DNA of 64,000 nucleotides from Opitutia bacterium UBA3534 (GTDB lineage Bacteria; Verrucomicrobiota; Verrucomicrobiia; Opitutales; UBA3534): NCBI GenBank assembly GCA_002376875.1, contig DFOT01000001.1, positions 40,659 to 104,658 of the forward strand, read 5' to 3'. Shown piece by piece: positions 55,681 to 64,000 of this stretch (position 1 is its first letter; each line of letters starts with the position of its first letter). The notes under the pieces were generated by a model. It saw only the letters and a program-made list of their open reading frames with translations, ran no database searches and was not told where the DNA came from. The position numbers and the translations under genes were made by a program.

Positions 55681-56971
55681 TCCCTTCAGAGAGAACTTCG
55701 CAAGCTTTGTCTAGCGCAGCACCGTGGTGAGCTGTAGTGAGGAACCAGGCCTCAAAGGCTGAAGGAGGGAGATATACTCCGCGTTCAAGGGCAAAGTGGA
55801 ATAGTTTATTGAATAGGGAGGTCTCTGTTTGGATTGCTTCGTTATAATTGTGAACCGGGGTTTCACTAAAGAAGCATGAGAGCATACCCACAGACTGAGG
55901 CACTTGGAGTGCTAGTCCTTTTTTATTGGCTGCTTCGAGTAGAGCACTGCGCAGTTGTTGGCACATTTGCTCGAGTAACGCGTAAGGGGGTTCCTCTTTG
56001 ATGAGTTGCAGTGCCGCGGTCCCTGAAGCCATAGTTACTGGGTTCCCACTATTGGTGCCTGCTTGGTATACAGGGCCTGCAGGGGAAAGCATCTCCATGA
56101 TTTCTGCTCGGCCTCCAAAGGCACCCACAGGCAAGCCGCCTCCAATGATCTTACTAAGACAGGTAATATCAGGAGTGATCCCTTCTTTTTCTTGAACCCC
56201 TCCTAAAGCCTGACGGAACCCTGTCATGACCTCATCAAAAATAAGGAGGACCCCGTGCTCAGTGCAAAGCTGGCGTAATGCTTGCAGGTAGCCGGGCTTA
56301 GCTAGGATGTGGCCACAGTTACCGATATAAGGCTCGAGTATAATGGCGGCAATTTCAGAACCATAGGCTTGTAGGGCGCCTTTAATAGCATCGATATCAT
56401 TATATTCTAAGAGTAATGTTTCGTTTGCGAAAGCAGGGGGGATTCCTGCGCTGTCAGGGTTTCCAAAGGTTAGTGGGCCTGATCCTGCTTTAACAAGGAG
56501 TGCATCTAGGTGACCATGATAACAACCTGAGAACTTGATAATCTTGTTTCTTCCTGTGAACCCGCGTGCTAAACGGATAGCTGACATAGTAGCTTCAGTA
56601 CCGCTATTGCACATGCGAACTTTTTCTATAGAAGGCACTGCCTCTACAACAAGTTCACAGAGGGGGATCTGGTAGGGGCTTACTGCTCCAAAAGTATTTC
56701 CTTTACTGGAGGCTTCATGCACTGCAGCGCGGATTTTAGGGTGGTTATGTCCATGAATGATAGCGCCCCAGCCATTAACGAAATCAATATATTGATCTCC
56801 GTCTACAGACGTTAGGATTGCTCCATCGCCGCGCTCTATATAAAAGGGATGACCGCCTACGGATTGGAAAGCCCATACAGGAGAGTGTACGCCGCTAGGC
56901 GTTAGCGTTTTTGCTTTTTCGTAAAGTTTATGAGAAAGGCTTGTTTGAGTAGGCGTATCAATAGTTTGCAT
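55667..56971 (-). CDS. hemL: glutamate-1-semialdehyde 2,1-aminomutase
   Basis: [22 protein letters not shown]-lysine context [16 protein letters not shown]. Start at ATG 56971 is preferred over the longer track ORF. Confidence 0.9.
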
Positions 56972-57053
56972 AAGTGGGGGGACTTTAAGAATAAGCTTAT
57001 GCCAAAGCAATATTTTTAAGCGTTTTTATTTATTCTTTTAACTTGATTGGGAT

Positions 57054-58166
57054 GTGGGCTTGGCTTTCTATGGAGGCATGTCTCAAGCTGCCTCGTCTGG
57101 TATTAATATAGAATTAGGAGATCAATGTTCTTCTGTGGCTTTCGAGTGGGCCCAAAAGACTTTTAAATATAGGGAAGGAAAAGATGGGAGTGCGGATACG
57201 CGCCTAAAAGGATCCTACTCGCAGATCATGAACTATGGTGATGTGCGTTTGGCTATGAGTTCCGATGGTGTGGGGACCAAGATTGAAATTGCTGAACGTG
57301 CGGGCATTTATCATACGCTTGGCTTTGATCTGGTAGCTATGGTTGTGGATGATTTGGTTTGTAATGGGGTAGAACCTGCAAACCTGTCCAATATATTAGA
57401 TGTTGATTATTTAGATGAATCTATTGTCCGAAAGTTGATGGAAGGTTTGTATGAGGCTGCGAAGGTCGCCAAAGTTTCTGTTACTGGAGGAGAAATTGCT
57501 GAGTTGGGCTCTCGTATTGGTGGCTATGGTGAGGCTATGCATTTTAACTGGGGGGCTACAGGTATTGGTGTGCTACCTTCTAGCCGAGAACTTATTGATG
57601 GAAGTGCGGTGCGCGCGGGAGATACCATTATTACTATTAAGAGCCGTGGGCTACGCAGTAATGGATTTTCTAGGGCTCGGCAACTCCTTGGGGCAACTTT
57701 CGGAGATGATTGGCATAAGGTGATGTTCCAGGCAGAGCAATCCTGGGGGGAAGCTTTACTGACACCAGCACTTATTTATACGCCAGGAATTTTGAAGCTT
57801 TTTGATGAAGGTGTACCTGTGCATGGTTTAGTTCATGTCACCGGCGGAGGTATTGCCGGTAACCTAAAGCGGATGCTTAAGGCAAATCAGCTGGGTGCTC
57901 AGCTTGATAGTCTTTTTGAGCCACACCCCCTTATGCAAGCACTTCAGAAGATGGGGACAATGAGCGATGAGGAGGCTTACCGACTTTGGAATATGGGCAA
58001 TGGTATGCTTGTTATTGTAGGGGCTGAAGATAAAGAGCTTGTTCTTTCGTTGCTTGAGCAGCAAGGTTACAAGGCCCAGGAAGCAGGAACAGTTGTTCCT
58101 GAGAAGATCATTACTTTAAAAACACAAACTATGCACTCGGATGCATTAATTTATGAGTCTTGTTGA
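57054..58166 (+). CDS. purM: phosphoribosylformylglycinamidine cyclo-ligase (AIR synthetase)
   Basis: SSDGVGTKIEIA, VDDLVCNGVEP, HVTGGGI. The start (GTG 57054 or ATG 57078) is uncertain. Confidence 0.9.
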   Translation: MGLAFYGGMSQAASSGINIELGDQCSSVAFEWAQKTFKYREGKDGSADTRLKGSYSQIMNYGDVRLAMSSDGVGTKIEIAERAGIYHTLGFDLVAMVVDDLVCNGVEPANLSNILDVDYLDESIVRKLMEGLYEAAKVAKVSVTGGEIAELGSRIGGYGEAMHFNWGATGIGVLPSSRELIDGSAVRAGDTIITIKSRGLRSNGFSRARQLLGATFGDDWHKVMFQAEQSWGEALLTPALIYTPGILKLFDEGVPVHGLVHVTGGGIAGNLKRMLKANQLGAQLDSLFEPHPLMQALQKMGTMSDEEAYRLWNMGNGMLVIVGAEDKELVLSLLEQQGYKAQEAGTVVPEKIITLKTQTMHSDALIYESC

Positions 58167-61149
58167 TGTTGATCCATTTGTAGTTACCTTGATGCCTGCC
58201 CAGGATTATTTCCAGGCAGAGGGGGTTCGTATTGAAGAAAAAGCCCAGAAGTTTTTAGGCATCAAGACGGGGCGGGTAACAGTTGCAAAACGCTTAATCT
58301 TTCAAAACCTTTGGGAGCTTAAGCAGGTAGAGCACTTTGCTCGAGAAGTGTTGAGTGAAGGTGGGATCTATCAGGCTTGTATTGGGGGTTGTGATCTGAA
58401 GGCACGCTATCATACTTGGGTTGTTGTGGGGAAGCGTCCTGGGGTTACAGATGATGAAGGGGCTACAGCCCAGAAAGCATTTAATGACTTTTTGGGTAAC
58501 GAGCATGCAGCTGTAGAGCAAGGGGTGTTTACCCAAACGATTTACGGATTCGAAAATGCTTTGGATGAAGCCGCATTGAAGAAGCTTGCGTGTGAGTTAT
58601 TAGGAAACCCTATGGTCCATGATTTTGCCTATAATGCAAAGCAGACCCAGGCACCCCTGTGTGCAGAGCTTCCTTCTGAAAAAGTAGGTGTGGTTTCTTT
58701 AGAGATCTCTGATGAGGCCTTGCAGACTCTTTCCAAGGAGCGGCATTGGGTTTTTAGCCTAGAGGAAATGAAGGCCATTCAGGCTCACTTTAGAGAAGGC
58801 GCCTTGCGTAGTATGCGTGATGCTTTAGGAATGCCTGAAGGGCCGACAGATTGTGAGCTTGAAATTCTTGCTCAAACATGGTCAGAGCATTGTAAGCATA
58901 AGGAATTTAATGCGCTAATTCGTTATTACGACAAAGATACAGATACACACCGGGAAATAAACTCTTTGTTCAAGACAAAAATTGCTGGCTCTACAGCCCT
59001 GATTCAGGAACGCCTTAAAGAGAATGGGCATGATTGGTTGCTGAAGGTCTTTTCAGACAATGCAGGTGTGGTGCGTGTTGCAGAAAATCTTTTATTTACC
59101 TGGAAGGTAGAGACCCATAATACCCCCTCCGCGCTCGACCCCTATGGTGGGGCGATTACAGGCGTGCTGGGGTGTAACCGTGATGCTGTGGGCACTGGGG
59201 TTGGTGGAGCACGGCCGCTATTTAATACCAATGTACTTTGTTTTGCTGAACCTACTTATGACAAACCTTTACTGCAAGGACAGCTCCACCCGGCGCGTAT
59301 TCTTGAGGGTGTTGTCGAAGGCATTATGGATGGTGGAAACAAAATGGGTATTCCTACTGTGAATGGTTCAATTGTTTTTGATGAGCGTTTTTGTGGTAAG
59401 CCACTAGTTTTTTGTGGGACAGGAGCGTTAATGCCTGAATACTTGAATGACCAGAATACCTGGGAAAAGCGACTAGACCCTGGAGATTGGATCATCATGG
59501 CTGGAGGCCGTGTGGGTAAAGATGGTATTCATGGTGCGACTTTGTCGTCAGTAGAGGCAGATGCAGAGTTGCCTTTAGGTATGGTTCAGATTGGTAGCCC
59601 TGCAACTCAGAAGTTCCTTTTTGACTTTATGGAAGAGGCTTTGCGTATGGGGCTCATAAAAACTAGTACGGATAATGGTGCTGGTGGGCTGTCCTCTTCG
59701 ATTGGAGAGCTGGCTGAGCTTACTAATGGGGCGGAGGTTCACTTAGAGCGTGTGCCGCTTAAGTACTTAGGGCTTAGCCCGTGGGAAGTGTTCTTATCTG
59801 AGTCTCAGGAGCGCATGACTATAGCTATTGAGCCAAAGAATTGGAAGGCGCTGAAGCATTTAGCAGATGAGTTTGAGGTAGAAGTCTCCCATATTGGAGC
59901 TTTTACGGATACTGGGTATCTTGATATTCAACATAAGAGCAAGCGGGTTGCTTATTTGGATCTAGAGTTTCTCCATGATGGAGTGCCCCAGAAAAAGCTT
60001 TGTGCTGAGTGGGCTAAGCCTAATGTGCAGGAGCCAAAATCAATTGTAGTTTCAGATTATAACAGTGTTTTACTCAAGCTTTTGGGGGCTTATAATATTT
60101 GTTCTAAGGAGGATGTTATCCGCCGCTATGATCATGAGGTTAAAGGCCGCAGTGTTGTGAAGCCTTTGATGGGAATGAATGGAGAAGCCCCGCAGGATGC
60201 AGCTGTTATTCGATTAAGTCATGAAGGCTACGAAGGTTTGGCTGTGTCTAACGGTATATTGCCGCGCTATGGTGATATTGATGCTTATGCCATGTCAGCG
60301 GGAGCCTTTGATGAAGCTGTGCGCCAAATCATTGCAGTGGGTGGGGCATTACCAGATCTCTTGCAAGAAGATTGTCCGTTCTGGACAGTGAATGATAACT
60401 TCTGTGTGCCAGATTCTGTTTATGACGAGCAAGGAAACCCAGACGGGAAGTACAAGTTAGCCCAACTCGTCAGGATGTGTGATGCTCTGTACGATATGGC
60501 TCTTGCTTATAATATTCCGATGACTTCCGGTAAGGATAGTATGAAGAACGACTTTAGAGCTGGGGATGTTAAAATCTCGGTGCCTCCAACGGTATTGTAT
60601 TCCATGGTATCTAAGGTTAAGGATGTGCGTAAGATAACAACCTCAGAGTTTAAAGCCCCGGGAGATCTTATCTACCTTCTTGGGGAGACTTATGATGAGT
60701 TAGGTGGGTCTGAGTTTTATAAGCTTTTTGATGAACTGGGGGCAAATGTACCTCAAGTCCGTCCAGAGCGGGCAATCGCGCTTTACAAACGAATGGCTCA
60801 GGCGCACGACAAGCGTCTAATCACCTCTTGCCACGACCTTTCAGATGGAGGGTTGGCTGTTGGGTTATGCGAGTCTGCTTTTGGAGGCGGGCTGGGTGCT
60901 TCTATTAAATGGAATGCCTCAGGCTTGAGTCCGCAGGCAGTCCTTTTCTCAGAGTCTCATTCTCGTTTCCTGGTTTCTGTAAATCCGAAGCGTAAGGAAG
61001 CCTTCGAGCGTTTAATGGAAGGGCGCTTTACTTTTCTAGGTGAAGTTATTAAAGAGCACCGCTTGAGTATTACGGTTAAAAATGAAAAATTAATCGACTT
61101 AGAATTGGCAAAGTTGCTAGAAGCCTGGAAGGGAGGCCTTGTTTTATGA
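58153..61149 (+). CDS. purL: FGAM synthase PurL fused to an N-terminal pair of PurS-like domains (PurS-PurS-PurL)
   Basis: PurL motifs WSEHCKHKEF and VETHNTPSALDPYGGAITG begin only at about residue 240. The preceding ~200 aa contain two units resembling PurS, e.g. VVVGKRPGVTDDEGATAQKAF...LACELLGNPMVHDFAY. Confidence 0.85.
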   Translation: MSLVDVDPFVVTLMPAQDYFQAEGVRIEEKAQKFLGIKTGRVTVAKRLIFQNLWELKQVEHFAREVLSEGGIYQACIGGCDLKARYHTWVVVGKRPGVTDDEGATAQKAFNDFLGNEHAAVEQGVFTQTIYGFENALDEAALKKLACELLGNPMVHDFAYNAKQTQAPLCAELPSEKVGVVSLEISDEALQTLSKERHWVFSLEEMKAIQAHFREGALRSMRDALGMPEGPTDCELEILAQTWSEHCKHKEFNALIRYYDKDTDTHREINSLFKTKIAGSTALIQERLKENGHDWLLKVFSDNAGVVRVAENLLFTWKVETHNTPSALDPYGGAITGVLGCNRDAVGTGVGGARPLFNTNVLCFAEPTYDKPLLQGQLHPARILEGVVEGIMDGGNKMGIPTVNGSIVFDERFCGKPLVFCGTGALMPEYLNDQNTWEKRLDPGDWIIMAGGRVGKDGIHGATLSSVEADAELPLGMVQIGSPATQKFLFDFMEEALRMGLIKTSTDNGAGGLSSSIGELAELTNGAEVHLERVPLKYLGLSPWEVFLSESQERMTIAIEPKNWKALKHLADEFEVEVSHIGAFTDTGYLDIQHKSKRVAYLDLEFLHDGVPQKKLCAEWAKPNVQEPKSIVVSDYNSVLLKLLGAYNICSKEDVIRRYDHEVKGRSVVKPLMGMNGEAPQDAAVIRLSHEGYEGLAVSNGILPRYGDIDAYAMSAGAFDEAVRQIIAVGGALPDLLQEDCPFWTVNDNFCVPDSVYDEQGNPDGKYKLAQLVRMCDALYDMALAYNIPMTSGKDSMKNDFRAGDVKISVPPTVLYSMVSKVKDVRKITTSEFKAPGDLIYLLGETYDELGGSEFYKLFDELGANVPQVRPERAIALYKRMAQAHDKRLITSCHDLSDGGLAVGLCESAFGGGLGASIKWNASGLSPQAVLFSESHSRFLVSVNPKRKEAFERLMEGRFTFLGEVIKEHRLSITVKNEKLIDLELAKLLEAWKGGLVL

Positions 61150-61988
61150 GAGGTGTGCGTGCATTAGTATTAACTGGGTTTGGGATTAACTGTGAGGAAG
61201 AGATGGCGGCTGCTTATCGTCTTGCCGGTGCAGAAGCAGATATTGTCCACCTTAAGGATGTTTTTTCAGGAAAGGCCTGCTTGTTTGACTATGATATTTT
61301 GAATTTCCCGGGTGGGTTCTCTTTTGGGGATGACCTGGGGGCCGGGCGCGTTTTAGCAAACCGCTTGAAATATAAGCAGTGTGCAACAGGAGAGTCTTTC
61401 TTTGAGCAATTGCAGCGTTATATTGCCGAAGGCAAAATTATTATAGGGATTTGTAATGGATTTCAGGCTTTAGTTACCTTGGGCCTGCTACCTGGGCTTG
61501 CTCCTGAGATACAGCAGGAAGTTGCTTTAGTTTCTAATGATTCAGGGAAGTTTGAAGACCGTTGGTGCCATTGTGTAGTGCCCAAATATTGTACAAGCCC
61601 ACTCCTTCCAAAAGGTGCCTTGTTTGACTTTCCTGTGCGCCATGGCGAAGGAAAGTTATGGGTCCCTCATGAAGAAACCCGAGAGCTTATTATCCGCAAG
61701 GGGCTGATTGCACTACAGTATTGTACTCAAGAAGGTGGAATTACCGAGGAATACCCGCATAACCCAAATGGAGCTTGGATGAGTTGCGCCGCACTCACAG
61801 ACCCTACAGGACAAGTGCTAGGGATGATGCCACACCCTGAGGCTTATCTTTCTTTTTATAATCACCCCCAGTGGCCTCAGCGACTGCGTGAAGAACCCAC
61901 AGCTAAGGATGAAGGCGAGGGGCTTTCTTTATTTAAGCATATTGTAGAACACGTACGTGCAACCTTGCACACAGCAGTTATTACTTAA
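61146..61988 (+). CDS. purQ: FGAM synthase glutamine amidotransferase subunit
   Basis: GFSFGDD, catalytic Cys GICNGFQAL, and MMPHPE. Confidence 0.85.
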   Translation: MRGVRALVLTGFGINCEEEMAAAYRLAGAEADIVHLKDVFSGKACLFDYDILNFPGGFSFGDDLGAGRVLANRLKYKQCATGESFFEQLQRYIAEGKIIIGICNGFQALVTLGLLPGLAPEIQQEVALVSNDSGKFEDRWCHCVVPKYCTSPLLPKGALFDFPVRHGEGKLWVPHEETRELIIRKGLIALQYCTQEGGITEEYPHNPNGAWMSCAALTDPTGQVLGMMPHPEAYLSFYNHPQWPQRLREEPTAKDEGEGLSLFKHIVEHVRATLHTAVIT

Positions 61989-61990
61989 TA

Positions 61991-63604
61991 ATGAATACAG
62001 TAAAATTAAAACGCGCTCTTATTAGCGTAGCTGACAAAACAGACATCATTCCTTTAGCTCAAGCCCTTCAGCAAAGTGGTTGTGAGATTATATCCACAGG
62101 GGGAACGCTTAAGGTTCTAGAGGAAGCAGGGGTAGCAGTGACTAACATTAGTGCCGTTACAAAAAACCCTGAGGCGTTTGGTGGGCGCATGAAGACTATC
62201 TCCTTCGAGATAGAGTCTTCTATCTTGTTTAATCGAGATACAGATGCTCAAGAGGCTGCTTCTTTAGGAATTAAGCCCCTTGATTTAGTCGTTTGTAATT
62301 TTTACCCCTTTGAGAAGGTCTATAAAGAAGGCGCCTCTTTAGAAGATTTGGTTGAAAATGTTGATATTGGCGGCCCTACGATGATTCGCGCGGCGGCTAA
62401 AAATTTCAAGCACGTAACAGCCCTGACAGACCCTGCTGATTATGCAGATGTGATTGAGGAATTGTCTGTGCATGAGGGGGCAACAACTTTAGCTTTGCGT
62501 CAGCGCTTGATGCGTAAGGCTTTCCATTTGACGGCAGACTATGATGCCTTAATTGCCACAGCATTTGACAAAGAGGCAGGCATACATTCTTTACGCCTTG
62601 CTTTTTCTGATGGTAAACCCCTTCGCTATGGAGAAAATCCTCACCAGAAAGCTTTCTTCTTTAAAGAACGTAAGAACGAAAATTCTCTGTACGACATTAA
62701 TATCTTAAACGGAAAAGAGCTCTCTTTTAACAACTTGTTAGATGTAAACAGCGCTATTGATTGCGTGCGCGAGCTTGGGCGTTCAGCGTGTGCGGTCATT
62801 AAGCATAATGTCCCTTGCGGGCTGAGTGAAGGAGAGAATCAGCGTCGTGTATTAGAACTTGCCTGGCAGTCAGACCCTGTATCTGCTTTTGGGTCAGTGA
62901 TTGCTTTTAATAAGCCTGTTGCCGAGGAGACCGTTCAGTTCTTTGGCTTTGGGAACGAAGATAAATCTCAGCGTAAATTCGTAGAGGTTATTATTGCACC
63001 TAGTTTTGAGCTTGCTGCTTTAGATATTCTTAAAAAGCAGAAAAACCTACGCGTTATTGAGTTCGATACAGCTGCTAAAGAATCTCCGTATGAGTTAAAG
63101 TACTTCAAAGGTTCTTTACTCCTTCAGGACAAAGATGAAGAACTCTTTCAGCAGCTAGATTGCCCAACAAAGAAGAAGGCTCATTTTGATGAAGGCCTTG
63201 CTCGCTTCGGGGTTAAGGCAGTCCGTCAGGTCCGTTCCAATGCGATTGCTGTAGTACGCAAGGTAGAGGGAGAGACTTACCAGCTTCTTGGCATGGGTGC
63301 CGGGCAGCCTAACCGCTTAACCTCTGTGGCTCTTGCTCTAGATAAGTGCAAGGATAACCTAAGTGCAGAGTACCAAGGCCCTGCAGAACAGCAGAGTGCT
63401 TATTTAGAGAAAGAACTTTCCGAGACTTTATTGCTCTCTGAAGCCTTTTTCCCTTTCCCAGACAGTGTAGATGCATGTGCTAAGCATGGTGTTAAAGCAA
63501 TCCTGCAGCCTGGGGGCTCTATCCGCGATGCAGATATTATTGAACGCTGTGATGAGTATGATATCGCCATGCTTCTTACAGGAGTAAGACATTTTAAACA
63601 TTAA
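61991..63604 (+). CDS. purH: bifunctional AICAR transformylase / IMP cyclohydrolase
   Basis: ALISVADKT...G.EIISTGGT, VDIGGPTMIRAAAKN, YGENPHQ, AILQPGGSIRD. Confidence 0.95.
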   Translation: MNTVKLKRALISVADKTDIIPLAQALQQSGCEIISTGGTLKVLEEAGVAVTNISAVTKNPEAFGGRMKTISFEIESSILFNRDTDAQEAASLGIKPLDLVVCNFYPFEKVYKEGASLEDLVENVDIGGPTMIRAAAKNFKHVTALTDPADYADVIEELSVHEGATTLALRQRLMRKAFHLTADYDALIATAFDKEAGIHSLRLAFSDGKPLRYGENPHQKAFFFKERKNENSLYDINILNGKELSFNNLLDVNSAIDCVRELGRSACAVIKHNVPCGLSEGENQRRVLELAWQSDPVSAFGSVIAFNKPVAEETVQFFGFGNEDKSQRKFVEVIIAPSFELAALDILKKQKNLRVIEFDTAAKESPYELKYFKGSLLLQDKDEELFQQLDCPTKKKAHFDEGLARFGVKAVRQVRSNAIAVVRKVEGETYQLLGMGAGQPNRLTSVALALDKCKDNLSAEYQGPAEQQSAYLEKELSETLLLSEAFFPFPDSVDACAKHGVKAILQPGGSIRDADIIERCDEYDIAMLLTGVRHFKH

Positions 63605-63618
63605 AACTATTAAGAACC

Positions 63619-64000
63619 ATGAATACCTTAAAAGAAATAACAACTCCTCAACTCGAGAAAATCCACTCCGGCAAGGTCCGTGAAAGCTTTCGTGTGGGCA
63701 ATGCTCGCTTGATTGCCTCTACGAACCGCATTTCTTGCTTTAATAAAGTTTTAGAGGCAACGCAGCCCCATAAGGGAGCGATCCTCAATCAACTTTCTGC
63801 TTTTTGGTTTGAGAAGACAGCCCACATTGTCCCAAGTGCTTTCCTGAAGGTTGTAGACCCGAATATGTGCCTTATGAAAGAGGCTACACCCTTGCGCGTA
63901 GAAATGATCGTGCGTGGCTATCTGACGGGGTCTATTTGGCGCCAGTATGTTAAGGGTGAGCGTACATTCTCTGGGGTAACACTCCCGGATGGTATGTCTA
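63619..64000 (+). CDS. purC: SAICAR synthetase (5' part, truncated by the window end)
   Basis: LEKIHSGKVRESF....RLIASTNRISCFNKVL...PHKGAILNQLSAFWF pattern. The ORF is open to position 64000. Confidence 0.8.
   Translation, partial: MNTLKEITTPQLEKIHSGKVRESFRVGNARLIASTNRISCFNKVLEATQPHKGAILNQLSAFWFEKTAHIVPSAFLKVVDPNMCLMKEATPLRVEMIVRGYLTGSIWRQYVKGERTFSGVTLPDGMS

Overview
This is a compact, gene-dense bacterial chromosomal window with about 65 protein genes, one tRNA-Ala, and no rRNA, CRISPR array or recognisable mobile element. All calls come from reading the supplied ORF translations and the DNA by eye; no database search was run. Most of the window is housekeeping: dnaA with a candidate oriC, rplU-rpmA, tmk-holB, exbB-exbD-tonB, xthA, a DAHP synthase, mdh, rpiB-glyA, glgA, hemL, and a purM-purL-purQ-purH-purC block. 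There is also a Wza/Wzz/GT4/Wzy-type polysaccharide cluster. Lineage clues point to the PVC superphylum (Verrucomicrobia, Lentisphaerae or Chlamydiae-like). These clues are a prepilin-type FTLVELLAVIAIVSILAAI protein ending in a DGHV motif, a histone-H1-like lysine-repeat protein, and a type III secretion (T3SS) gene set embedded among housekeeping genes. The main accessory content is T3SS. A five-gene translocon operon (5549-9105) has the order small coiled-coil protein, EspA/SseB-like protein, SycD/LcrH-type TPR chaperone, then major and minor translocator-like proteins. Next to it is a CesT-like chaperone translationally coupled to an sctC secretin of 1676 aa. That secretin's core ends near residue 560 and is followed by an acidic extension of about 1100 aa ending in W-containing basic repeats. 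Other points worth a second look: (1) a family-B DNA polymerase operon carrying two paralogous unknown proteins; (2) a tandem ribbon-helix-helix protein fused to about 20 AKKKx pentapeptide repeats; (3) a DapF homolog with both catalytic cysteines replaced by serine; (4) a cNMP-binding histidine-kinase-like protein with Glu at the phospho-acceptor position; (5) a lone cheW translationally coupled to a Wzy-like polymerase gene. Function calls rest on remembered family motifs and need confirmation by profile or structure searches.
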